Positions 20,374 to 29,187 of a stretch of DNA of 64,000 nucleotides are shown piece after piece. The position numbers were made by a program, and so were the translations under genes. A model generated the notes under the pieces. That model was not told the origin of the DNA. It searched no databases and saw only the letters and a list, made by a program, of their open reading frames with translations. Within the stretch, counting starts at the first letter, position 1. Each line of letters opens with the position of its first letter. The stretch is from an uncultured Chloroflexia bacterium (GTDB taxonomy: Bacteria > Chloroflexota > Dehalococcoidia > DSTF01 > JACRBR01), in NCBI GenBank assembly GCA_963701135.1, contig OY969567.1, positions 1,537,847-1,601,846 of the forward strand. Reading direction: 5' to 3'.

Positions 20374-21708
20374 TCAAGCGCAGATCCGCCGCACCGTCTC
20401 GAACAGGATCTGCGTCCCCAGCCGCAGATTCTCGACGGTGATGCGTTCGTTGTGGCCGTGCACAGTCATCGCGTCATCCATCTCCAGCAGGTACGGGATG
20501 AAGCCGTATGACGTGATGCCGTGCTTCCGGAACACGCGAGAGTCGGTGAAGCCGGCAGAGACGCTCGGCAGCACCAGCGCCTCCTCGACATGGTCGTGCA
20601 CCGTCGACTCGATGATCCCGAACAGCTCCGTCTCGATCGGCGAGGCCGGCGTGCTCGACACGAACACGGGCTCGACGCGCACCTTCGGATCGCCGATGAC
20701 GTCGCGCACCTCCTGCGTGAACGCCTCGGGGTCCGTTCCCGGAAGCAGCCGGCAGTCGAGCGTCGCCTCGGCGATGCCCGGGATGACGTTGTGCTTCATC
20801 CCCGCTCGCGCGGTCGTCGCGCTCACGGTGTTCGTGAGGATCGCCCGCGCGAGCAGGTTGCTGCCGGCGAGCTTCTCCATCGACGCCTGGGACGGCTCGT
20901 CCTCGATCACGCGGTTCCGGTACAGCCGGTCGAAGTAGTTGCGCAGCTCGGGCACCACCTTGACGGGCCGCGACCACTCCTGCACCTTGTGCAGCGCGCG
21001 CACCAGCCGGTCGAGCGCGTTGTCCGGATGCGGGACCGAGCCGTGGCCCGGGCGACCCTCGGCGGTGAGCTTGAGCCAGAGCGGCCCTTTCTCGCTGACC
21101 GAGACGTTAAACGCCGGCCGGCGCACGCCGAAGACCTCCGCGCTGCCCCAGCCGCCTTCGTTGATCACGTACTCCGCATCGAGCAGTTCGGGGTGGTGCT
21201 GCTCCATCCAATCGATGCCCCAGGCGCCGCCGGCCTCCTCGTCGGCCAGCGCCATGTAGACGATGTCGCGCGTGTGCGGCAGCTTATGGCGCTTGATGAT
21301 GAACATCGCCATCAGCTCCATGATGCCCATCGACTTCATGTCGAGCGCCCCGCGGCCGTAGATGACGCCGTCCTTGATAGCGCCCGAGAATGGCTCGAAG
21401 TCCCAGTACTGGCGCTCGACCGGCACCACGTCGGTGTGGCTGAGGAGGATCAGCGGCGCCTTCGTGCCGTCTCCGGCCATCGTCGCCGTCATGTTCATGC
21501 GGTCGATGCCGTGCTCGCCGCCGTCCGAAGCGTCGTAGAACGCGATGTCGTCGATGCCTTCCTTGCGGAGCAAGCCGGCCAGCCAGTCGCAGGCCGCCTT
21601 CTCGCGCCCGGGCGGGTTCGACGTGTCGATGCGTATGAAGTCGGAAAGGAGCTGCGTCGCTTCCTCGGTGATGGCATCCCAGTCGATGCGGGGCGGGTCG
21701 GCCGGCAT
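20374..21708 (-). CDS. M20-family metallopeptidase (ArgE/DapE/CPG2-like)
   Basis: AAGGAG RBS and ATG 21708. LLSHTDVVP, GRGALDMKS, ADEEAGG motifs. 444 aa. Confidence 0.8.
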   Translation of the reverse strand: MPADPPRIDWDAITEEATQLLSDFIRIDTSNPPGREKAACDWLAGLLRKEGIDDIAFYDASDGGEHGIDRMNMTATMAGDGTKAPLILLSHTDVVPVERQYWDFEPFSGAIKDGVIYGRGALDMKSMGIMELMAMFIIKRHKLPHTRDIVYMALADEEAGGAWGIDWMEQHHPELLDAEYVINEGGWGSAEVFGVRRPAFNVSVSEKGPLWLKLTAEGRPGHGSVPHPDNALDRLVRALHKVQEWSRPVKVVPELRNYFDRLYRNRVIEDEPSQASMEKLAGSNLLARAILTNTVSATTARAGMKHNVIPGIAEATLDCRLLPGTDPEAFTQEVRDVIGDPKVRVEPVFVSSTPASPIETELFGIIESTVHDHVEEALVLPSVSAGFTDSRVFRKHGITSYGFIPYLLEMDDAMTVHGHNERITVENLRLGTQILFETVRRICA

Positions 21709-21757
21709 GTGCTGCTCCTTCGATGCGCGTGGCGTGCGGCCATTGTAGGGAAACGAC

Positions 21758-21792
21758 GAACCAAGAACCACGGACGAAGAACCGAGAACCGT
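21758..21792. repeat. heptamer tandem array (GAACCRA)x5, degenerate
   Basis: gaaccaa gaaccac ggacgaa gaaccga gaaccgt. The inverted relative lies at 47656-47683. Confidence 0.85.
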
Positions 21793-21910
21793 GGGCGGTC
21801 ACCTGGGAGCGCCACGCCGGGACCGTCGCCATCGCGTCGGGATCCCGATGCCCGCCCGTCGGGCGCGGCCGGCACGCTGCAGCCGATGATGGCGGCGTTG
21901 GAGGTGCGCG

Positions 21911-22966
21911 ATGCGGACGCTGCTGATGGTGATTCTGATGATGCTGGTGGCCGTCGCCGCCGGCCTGTCGTTTGTGCTGCAGGCGGCCGCGCAGGAGCAG
22001 GCTTCGGCGGAGCTGGAGTTCGGGTGCAGATCAGACCAGCTTAGGGCGGCGGTGGTGTCCGGCGTACCCACGCTGATGACCTGCACGGCAACGGCACGCA
22101 ACACAGGTTCCGTGTCCCTCGCGGGAGGTCAGCTGTCATTTGTCCCGGCGTCCAACTTGCCGACTCCCGACGCCTATTACTTCTGGAGCGCGGTTCACGA
22201 CGGCGTCCCTCAGACGATCAGCGAGACCCAGCTCACGTACGACTTTGGAGATATCGCGCCTGGCGCGTCGAGCGTCATCGTGCTCGAAATCATCGTTCGC
22301 AGCACTCACGACTACGGCGCCGACGTCGTGCTGCTGGCACAACCCGACCAGCGCGAATACGCCCGCGTGGCGTTCCACGGCAGCGTTACCGCAGCCGGAC
22401 CCGGGAATCCGCCAGCCACACTTCAGCTAGAGGCGGCGCCGGTGTCACTCGCGCCGGGCCTGTACCAGGCGAGCCTTACCGTCACTAGCGAGTCGGAGAA
22501 GCTGGTGTTCATCACGGCCGATGTCGGGCTTGAACCGGACTTCGTGATCCCTGACCGGTTTCGCCGCGTCGTCGACGGGCCTCGGAACGCGCCGTCACCG
22601 CTGCCGGGCCGGTTCCCGCTGACGACGGTCGAGATTGAGCCCTACGCCCCGCCCGGAGAACCAGAGGTCTTCATCTTCGACATCGACGCGACCGGCGCCT
22701 GTTACGGAGGACCGATCGCCATCGTCGCGACCGCACGCACACTCGACGGGCGCTTGCTGCGCCCGGCCCTGCTCGACTATGTCTCGTGGGATGGCGCCAA
22801 CTGCGTCTCGGGCCTGCCGAACGGCGGCGCCGGGCCATTACCGGCGCGTCACGACGCCCTGCTGCTGGCCCTCGCGCTGCTGCTCGGCGGCGCGAGGCTG
22901 CTCGCGCTCGGCCTCTCGCTACGGCGTCCGAATCGCGCCGGACACACTGACAGACTGACAGACTGA
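21911..22966 (+). CDS. secreted/cell-surface protein with C-terminal hydrophobic anchor and basic tail
   Basis: N-terminal signal MRTLLMVILMMLVAVAAGLSFVLQAAA. C-terminus ...GLPNGGAGPLPARHDALLLALALLLGGARLLALGLSLRRPNR. The last codons read into the octamer array. Confidence 0.6.
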   Translation: MRTLLMVILMMLVAVAAGLSFVLQAAAQEQASAELEFGCRSDQLRAAVVSGVPTLMTCTATARNTGSVSLAGGQLSFVPASNLPTPDAYYFWSAVHDGVPQTISETQLTYDFGDIAPGASSVIVLEIIVRSTHDYGADVVLLAQPDQREYARVAFHGSVTAAGPGNPPATLQLEAAPVSLAPGLYQASLTVTSESEKLVFITADVGLEPDFVIPDRFRRVVDGPRNAPSPLPGRFPLTTVEIEPYAPPGEPEVFIFDIDATGACYGGPIAIVATARTLDGRLLRPALLDYVSWDGANCVSGLPNGGAGPLPARHDALLLALALLLGGARLLALGLSLRRPNRAGHTDRLTD

Positions 22967-22998
22967 CAGACTGACGGACTGACCGACTGACGGACTAC
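22943..22998. repeat. octamer tandem array (CNGACTGA)x7
   Basis: cacactga cagactga cagactga cagactga cggactga ccgactga cggactac. Confidence 0.9.
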
Positions 22999-23053
22999 CC
23001 GCTGGTGCCAACCCTCACTGGCGGCGCCGCCGCGCGCCACGTTAGCCTGAAGC

Positions 23054-23278
23054 GTGAAGGTCAGCGACGAACGCCGCGAAGCGTACCTGCGGGCATACGA
23101 GGACTGGCAGAAGCAGCTCGCCGCGCTCCACGAGGTCTTCCTCGACGGCACGAAGACGCCCGGAGGCGACCAGATGAAGGGGCTGCTGAACCGCGAGGCG
23201 CGCGCCAAGCAACGCTACGACGAGGCGCGCCGCCAGTTGCTCGGCATCCGGGACGCCGCCGACTCACCGTTCGACTGA
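23054..23278 (+). CDS. small helical hypothetical protein (74 aa)
   Basis: GTG start with no clear RBS. High GC3. Charged helical sequence (EAYLRAYEDWQKQLAALHEVF...). Confidence 0.4.
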   Translation: MKVSDERREAYLRAYEDWQKQLAALHEVFLDGTKTPGGDQMKGLLNREARAKQRYDEARRQLLGIRDAADSPFD

Positions 23279-23288
23279 CAGGAGCCGC

Positions 23289-24134
23289 ATGACCGAGGGC
23301 TGGGTCGATTATCTGACGGGACCGTACGGCTTCATCTTCGCCTTCGCGGCGGGAGTGCTGTCGTTCCTCTCGCCGTGCGTGCTGCCGCTCGTCCCCGCGT
23401 ACCTGGCGCACCTCACCGGCACCACCGCGACGCTCGAACCGGGCCGCGCCAGCCGGCGCGATACGGTGACGCACGCCGCATCGTTCGTGCTTGGCTTCAC
23501 CGTCATCTTCACGTTCGTCGGTGCCTCTGCCGGCCTCATCGGCGCGCTCATCAGCCAGGATTCCAGCTACGCCGTCCGCGACAACCTGCCGTTGCTCGCG
23601 AAGATCGGCGGCGTCTTCCTCGTCATCATGGGCCTGAACCTGATTGGCGTCATCCGCATCCCCTGGCTGTACCGCACCTACACGCTCGAAACCGTTACCG
23701 CGGGCGGCGGCACCGTGGCCATGACCGCCGGCGGCGCCGTGGCGATGGGTGGGGGCGGGCCGTCGTGGCACGGCCTGACGTACGCCAAGTCGTTCGGCGT
23801 CGGCTCGGCCTTCGCCGTCGGCTGGACGCCATGCATCGGCCCGGTGCTGGGGGCGATCCTCACGCTGTCGGCATCGAGTTCGTCCGTCGGGAAGGGCGCG
23901 TACCTGCTGCTCGTCTACTCGCTGGGGCTCGGCGTGCCGTTTCTGATCACGGCGCTGGCCGTCGTGCCGGTCACACGCTTCTTGCGCGGCATCCGCGGCC
24001 TGATGCCGCTCGTCGAGATCCTGACCGGCGTGCTGGTGATCTTCGTCGGTGTGCTGCTGTTCTTCAACGAGCTGGCGATCTTCAACTCGTTCTTCAGCGA
24101 CATCCCGTTCCTGGACAAGTTCAATACGATCTAA
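23289..24134 (+). CDS. ccdA: cytochrome c-type biogenesis thiol-disulfide transporter CcdA (DsbD-core family)
   Basis: AGGAG RBS. LSFLSPCVLPLVPAYL and WTPCIGPVLGAIL, the two conserved Cys motifs. About 6 TM helices. Confidence 0.85.
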   Translation: MTEGWVDYLTGPYGFIFAFAAGVLSFLSPCVLPLVPAYLAHLTGTTATLEPGRASRRDTVTHAASFVLGFTVIFTFVGASAGLIGALISQDSSYAVRDNLPLLAKIGGVFLVIMGLNLIGVIRIPWLYRTYTLETVTAGGGTVAMTAGGAVAMGGGGPSWHGLTYAKSFGVGSAFAVGWTPCIGPVLGAILTLSASSSSVGKGAYLLLVYSLGLGVPFLITALAVVPVTRFLRGIRGLMPLVEILTGVLVIFVGVLLFFNELAIFNSFFSDIPFLDKFNTI

Positions 24135-24293
24135 GTCGCTCGGTCTTTCAGTCGGTCAGTCGGTCAGACGCTCACTCGATCGGTCAGACGCGCGCATACG
24201 GCCGCGGGCCACCGGGATGCGGTGAGCTGCCTCGCTGACCTACTGACCCGCTGACCGACTGACCGACTCCCCGCTGACCGACTACACTACCCC
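24135..24293. repeat. inverted pair of octamer arrays: (GTCGGTCA)-type 24135-24190, 40-nt spacer, (CCGACTGA)-type 24231-24293
   Basis: Read directly. Fills the whole ccdA-rarA intergenic space. The right arm belongs to the same family and orientation as 22943-22998. Confidence 0.9.
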
Positions 24294-24294
24294 C

Positions 24295-25641
24295 ATGCCG
24301 CGCAAGCCCACCGCACCGCAGCCAACGCCAGCGCCGGAGAACGAGACGGCGCTCCCGGGCGCGCCGCTCGCCGCCCGCATCCGGCCGCGCAGCTTCGATG
24401 AATACGCCGGGCAGGAGCATCTTGTCGGCGAAGGACGCATCCTGCGGCGGCTCGTCGAGAGCGACAACCTGCCGTCGATGATCCTCTGGGGGCCGCCCGG
24501 CACCGGCAAGACCACGCTCGCGCGCATCATCGCCCGCCAGACGCGGGCCACGTTCGTACCCGTGTCGGCCGTCTCTGCCGGCGTCGCCGACCTGCGCAAG
24601 GCCGTCGCCGAGTCGCGCGAGCGCCTGGGCGCCGGCCAGGGCTACACCGTGCTGTTCATCGACGAGATCCACCGCTTCAACAAGGCGCAGCAGGACGCGA
24701 TCCTGCCGTTCGTCGAGGACGGCACCGTCACGCTGATCGGCGCGACGACGGAGAACCCGTCGTTTGAGGTGATCGGCCCGTTGCTGTCGCGCTCTCGCGT
24801 CTTCGCGCTCAAGCAGTTGGAGCCGGAGAGCATCGAGCGCATCCTCCGCCACGCCCTGGCGGACGGCGAGCGCGGCCTCGGCCGCAGCGGCGTCGCGGTC
24901 GACGACGACGCTATCGCCGCGCTTGCCGCCTCGGTCGGCGGCGACGCGCGCATCGCGCTGAACGCGCTCGAGGCGGCGGTCGCGGGCGCGAAGGCGCGCG
25001 GCGGCGAGGCGCGCGTGTCCGTCGAGGACATGGAGGAGGCGCTTCAGCACCGGACATACCTCTACGACCGCCAGGGCGATGCGCACTACGACACCATCTC
25101 GGCGTTCATCAAGTCGTTGCGCGGCTCCGACCCCGACGCCGCGCTCTACTGGCTCGCCCGCATGATCGAGGCAGGGGAAGACCCGCTGTTCATCGTCCGC
25201 CGCATGGTGATCCTGGCGTCGGAGGACGTCGGGCTCGCGGACCCGATGGCGCTCATGGTCGCGGTGTCCTGCCAGCAAGCGGTGCACTTCATCGGCCTGC
25301 CGGAGGCGTTCTACGCCATGGCGGAGACGGCGCTCTACCTGGCGCTCGCGCCCAAGAGCAACAGCGCCGGCGCCGCCTACTCGGCGGCGTTGCGCGACGT
25401 CGAGGCCACGCGCAACGACCCGGTGCCGCTACATCTGCGCAACGCCGTCACCGGCCTCATGCGGCAGATGGGCTACGGCAAGGGCTACAAGTACGCGCAC
25501 GACTACGAGGGCGGCGTCGTCGAGCAGCAGCACCTGCCCGACCGCGTCGCCGGCCACCGCTACTACCGCGCGACGGACCGCGGCTGGGAAGGCCGCCGCA
25601 AGCGCGAACGCGAAAGCGACGGCCGCGGCAACGCCACGTAG
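24295..25641 (+). CDS. rarA: replication-associated recombination protein A (AAA+ ATPase)
   Basis: [11 protein letters not shown] Walker A, FIDEIHRFNKAQQD, and MgsA C-terminal region ...DALYWLARM...GEDP. Confidence 0.9.
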   Translation: MPRKPTAPQPTPAPENETALPGAPLAARIRPRSFDEYAGQEHLVGEGRILRRLVESDNLPSMILWGPPGTGKTTLARIIARQTRATFVPVSAVSAGVADLRKAVAESRERLGAGQGYTVLFIDEIHRFNKAQQDAILPFVEDGTVTLIGATTENPSFEVIGPLLSRSRVFALKQLEPESIERILRHALADGERGLGRSGVAVDDDAIAALAASVGGDARIALNALEAAVAGAKARGGEARVSVEDMEEALQHRTYLYDRQGDAHYDTISAFIKSLRGSDPDAALYWLARMIEAGEDPLFIVRRMVILASEDVGLADPMALMVAVSCQQAVHFIGLPEAFYAMAETALYLALAPKSNSAGAAYSAALRDVEATRNDPVPLHLRNAVTGLMRQMGYGKGYKYAHDYEGGVVEQQHLPDRVAGHRYYRATDRGWEGRRKRERESDGRGNAT

Positions 25642-25788
25642 GGGCGCAGCCTGCTGCGCCCGCGCACCGTTTTCCCGCCGCTGTCGTCGCGATCGGTGCA
25701 CGGATTACCACGACGGAAACCAGTTGGCATCCGTGCACGCTGCTGGTTCCGGCCGGGGCCACGTAGGGGCGCAGCCTGCTGCGCCCGT
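25633..25788. repeat. two perfect 30-bp direct repeats (25633-25662, 25759-25788), each with palindromic core GGGCGCAG-CCTG-CTGCGCCC, flanking a 96-bp structured spacer
   Basis: gccacgtaggggcgcagcctgctgcgcccg occurs twice. The first copy contains the rarA stop codon. The spacer has a 10-bp inverted repeat gtgcacggat...atccgtgcac. Confidence 0.9.
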
Positions 25789-25865
25789 TCCACGGATACG
25801 CCAAGACGCGGAACAGCCCCTCGAAATCGAGGGGCCGTCAAGAATTCCAGCTTCCAGCCTCCGGA

Positions 25866-26720
25866 TCAGTACCCCGACCGCGCCATGTCGCGGAGCCGCT
25901 TGATGCGCTCCTCGATCGGCGGGTGCGTGCTGAACAGGCCCGAGAAATTCGCGCCCTTGAGGCCCGCCAGCGGGTTGACGATGTACATGTGCGCCGCCGC
26001 CGGGTTCACCTGCATCGGCCGCATGCGCGCGCCGGAATCCAGCTTCGCCAACGCGTCGGCCAGCGCGTCCGGGTCGTGCGTCGTCTTCGCGCCGGTACGG
26101 TCGGCCTCGTACTCGCGCGTGCGCGAGATCGAAAGCTGCACGATGCTCGCGGCGATCGGCATCAGCACGATCGCCAGCAGCGCCAGCAAGCCGTTCTCGT
26201 TGCTCCGGCGCCCGCCGAAGATCATCCCGAACATCATGCTCTGCGTGATCCAGGCGATTGCGCCGGCGAGCACCGCGGCGATGGCGCCGATGAGGATGTC
26301 GCGGTTGCCGACGTGCCCCAGCTCGTGGGCGATGACGCCCTTCAGCTCGCGGTCATCCAGGATCGCCATGATGCCCGTCGTGGCGGCGACCACTGCATGC
26401 TGTGGGTTGCGGCCCGTCGCAAACGCGTTCGGCGACGGATTGTCGACGACGTACACGCGCGGCTTCGGCAGCAACGTCAGCAACGTCACCTCTTCGACGA
26501 TCCGGTGCAGGCGCGGCTCTTCGGCCGGCGTCACCTCTCGCGCGCCCGCCATCCGAAGCGCCAGCGAGTCTGACTTCCAGTACGCGAACAGATTGAAGAC
26601 GCCCGCCAGCACGACGAAGAAGATGAGCCCCGGCAGGCCACCCAGGAACAGGTACCCCAGTGCCCCGAGGAGCCCCGTGAGCACCCCCATCAGCAGCAGA
26701 GTCTTCGCGGTAGCGGCCAT
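25866..26720 (-). CDS. htpX: zinc metalloprotease HtpX (M48)
   Basis: HELGHVGNRD zinc motif, four TM segments, 284 aa. Confidence 0.9.
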   Translation of the reverse strand: MAATAKTLLLMGVLTGLLGALGYLFLGGLPGLIFFVVLAGVFNLFAYWKSDSLALRMAGAREVTPAEEPRLHRIVEEVTLLTLLPKPRVYVVDNPSPNAFATGRNPQHAVVAATTGIMAILDDRELKGVIAHELGHVGNRDILIGAIAAVLAGAIAWITQSMMFGMIFGGRRSNENGLLALLAIVLMPIAASIVQLSISRTREYEADRTGAKTTHDPDALADALAKLDSGARMRPMQVNPAAAHMYIVNPLAGLKGANFSGLFSTHPPIEERIKRLRDMARSGY

Positions 26721-26942
26721 CGATGTATTCCCTCTTTCCTTTCACGCCGGGCTAACATCCGGCGCTCATCACAAGTGTATCAGGTTCGGCCGGGGCCAAA
26801 TGTGAACGGCCTGTAACTTCGGCGTCGCACCGTCCGCGATCGGTGTACGTCCGCCCGGCCCGCGCGGTTTCGGCCGAAGGCTTCGTGATCGTCGGACCGT
26901 GGTACGATGGCCGCGGTAGTTCCTGCCCGGAAAGGAGGCGAC

Positions 26943-27845
26943 ATGCAGGGCGCAGGAACGGGAGAAGTAGGCCTGTTCATCGACCTTGAAAACATCCGGT
27001 ACAGCTTTTTGAACGTCTATCAGATCGAACCAAACGTCTCAGCTTTTATCGAAAAGGCAAGGAAGCACGGCCGCGTTTCGGTAGCGATGGCGTACGCCGA
27101 TTTCAACGAACACCCGCAGTGGGTACGCCGCGGGCTCAACGTCGCCGGCATCGCCGCGCGCGACATCCCCGTCCGCCGCTTCGTCCGCGACGGACAGGAC
27201 CGGCTCAAGAGTTCGGCCGACCTCCACATGCTCATGGACATCATGGAGACCGCGCTCGACCGGCCGCAGGTCAGCACCTACGTCCTGATGACCGGCGACT
27301 CCGACTACATTCGCGTCATCACCTGGATCAAAAACCGCTTCGACAAGCGTGTCATCATCTGCGGCGTGCCGGGGACGATCAGCCAGGACCTCGTCGCGGC
27401 GGCCGGCGAAGCCGACCACCTCGAAGCCGGGCAGGGCGCCGCCACCGAGTCGCTCCTCGGCTCCGTCGAAGCCATCGCGATCATGATGAAGCGGGCGACG
27501 CCGCCAACCGGCTTCTGGACCATCAAGCTCATCAACCAGTGGTCGCGCGACAATCGCAACGGCGTCCCCGGCAGCGACCCCGACAAGTCCAACGCGATCT
27601 CGTACATGCTGAGAAACGGCCTCATGCGCCGATACAAGACCGTCACAGATGTCCGCGAAGTCACGATCAGCGAGCTCGATGAGACGCATCCGATGGTGCG
27701 GCAGTTCCTGCTGAGCGCCGGGCTCGAGCTCGACCCCTTCCCCGCGCGTTGCGCCGCCTGCCAGACGCGCAACGCCGCCGAACTGACGCACTGCGTCGAG
27801 TGCGGCGCAGCGATCGATGCCCCGCCCGAAGATATGCCTGACTAA
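26943..27845 (+). CDS. NYN-domain (LabA-like) protein with C-terminal zinc ribbon
   Basis: AAGGAGG RBS and ATG 26943. VGLFIDLENI...AYADF...SADLHMLMD...LMTGDSDY. C-terminal CAAC...CVEC. Confidence 0.7.
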   Translation: MQGAGTGEVGLFIDLENIRYSFLNVYQIEPNVSAFIEKARKHGRVSVAMAYADFNEHPQWVRRGLNVAGIAARDIPVRRFVRDGQDRLKSSADLHMLMDIMETALDRPQVSTYVLMTGDSDYIRVITWIKNRFDKRVIICGVPGTISQDLVAAAGEADHLEAGQGAATESLLGSVEAIAIMMKRATPPTGFWTIKLINQWSRDNRNGVPGSDPDKSNAISYMLRNGLMRRYKTVTDVREVTISELDETHPMVRQFLLSAGLELDPFPARCAACQTRNAAELTHCVECGAAIDAPPEDMPD

Positions 27846-27871
27846 GAAGAGATACTCGAAGGAACTACCAG

Positions 27872-27893
27872 GGGGCCGCCGGCCGGCGGCCCC
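27872..27893 (+). terminator. GC-rich hairpin between convergent genes (GGGGCCGCC-ggcc-GGCGGCCCC)
   Basis: 9-bp perfect stem with a 4-nt loop, followed only by tcttc (weak U tract). Confidence 0.4.
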
Positions 27894-27901
27894 TCTTCGC
27901 G

Positions 27902-28593
27902 TCAGCCGCGGATGATTCGCAGCACGCGCTCGAACGTCGGACAGGTCGGGCAGCGCCACATCGGCGCCGCACGCCGCAAGCTCGTCGAACGCCGTTGCGG
28001 CCGGTGGCGACGGCCAACGCGAACGCGCCATTCGCGTGCGCCGCAGTGACGTCGTGCGGCGTGTCGCCGATGACGACGACGCGGTCCGGCTTGCTGCCGT
28101 TGATCATGCGGGCGATGCCGGCGGCGATCACCTCGTCGCGCGACTCGGAATCCTCGCCGAAGCCGCCGGGCGTGCCGGGGAAGAACTCGTCGATCTCGTA
28201 ATGGCGCAACTTGAGCTCGCCTCCGCGGCGAAAGTTGCCGGTGCCGAGCCCCATGCGCACGCCGTCGCGCGCGGCCAGCGCGTCGAGCACGTCGCGCACG
28301 CCCGGCATGAGCCGCCCGCCGGTCACTTCCGCGAGCGCCGCGCCGAGGTGCGGGAGGTACGCGTCGCGGAAGCGCTCCAGTTCCAACGGAAGGTCGCCCT
28401 CGTCCAGCCCGTGCTCGCGCGCCGCATCGAAGAAGATCGCGGTATCCGTGCGTCCGGAGAACTCGACGCGGCGAAACGCATCGGCCACGCCGTACAGGTC
28501 TTCGAACGCGCGCGCCATGCCGAGGCTGCCGGCGCCGCCGGTGTACAGTAATGTGTTATCGATGTCCCAGAGCACGACGACGGTCACTCTCAT
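27902..28593 (-). pseudogene. HAD-superfamily hydrolase (phosphoglycolate-phosphatase-like), two frameshifts near the 3' end (about 27990, 27932)
   Basis: GAGGTG RBS and ATG 28593. WDIDNTLL (DxDxT), GLGTGNF, VIGDTPHDV. The tail reads AVATGRN in frame, then FDELAACGADVALPDLSDV, then ERVLRIIRG-stop in two successive +1 frames. Confidence 0.65.
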
Positions 28594-28661
28594 CACCTCA
28601 CATGATGAACGGCCCTGGCGCTCCGCCAGAGCCGTCCAATAGCCACTCCGTTGGCCGGCAG

Positions 28662-29000
28662 CTACACCTCGGTCGGCTCGCCGGCCTTTACCCACGCGTC
28701 GGTGCCACCCTCAAGGTTGTAGAGCTGCTCCGGCGGCAAGCCGGCCGCGGCGGCCATCTCCGCCGCCAGGGCGCTGCGCTGCCCCATCTTGCAGACAAAG
28801 AGGATCTTCTTCTCCTTGGGCAACTCGTCGCGGCGGGCGAAGACGCTGTTCACGGGGATCAGCGCCGCGCTGGGGATATGGCCGGCCTGGTACTCGTGCG
28901 GGTCGCGCACGTCGATCACGACAAATCCGTCGTCCTTCACCATCTCCTTCGCCTCGGCAACGTCAACGCGGAAGAACGGCTCGCGTTCGTCCTTCTTCAT
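28662..29000 (-). CDS. rhodanese-domain sulfurtransferase
   Basis: GAGGAG RBS before ATG 29000. ...VIDVRDPHEYQAGHIP.A..IP...ILFVCKMGQRSALAA, the active-site loop C-x5-R pattern. Confidence 0.75.
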   Translation of the reverse strand: MKKDEREPFFRVDVAEAKEMVKDDGFVVIDVRDPHEYQAGHIPSAALIPVNSVFARRDELPKEKKILFVCKMGQRSALAAEMAAAAGLPPEQLYNLEGGTDAWVKAGEPTEV

Positions 29001-29187
29001 GGCTGCCGGCTCCTCATCTGGACTAACTCGCTCGATTAAGTCTGACAATCTCCGGCGCCGTCGGCAAACGCGAGTTCACTGGGCCGCGGATTGCATGCGC
29101 TCCGCCTGTTTGCGCGCCGTCGCCACGATGAGCGCCACGTCGTCCGGGTCGGGTTCTCCCACATGACCGGGTGGCCGGGGTTCGGGG

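Noticed and set aside
29075-29159. 28-codon minus-strand ORF (VGEPDPDDVALIVATARKQAERMQSAAQ) between the acyl-CoA synthetase and rhodanese genes
   Set aside because: It is too short, has no RBS and matches no recognisable family. It cannot be supported from sequence alone.
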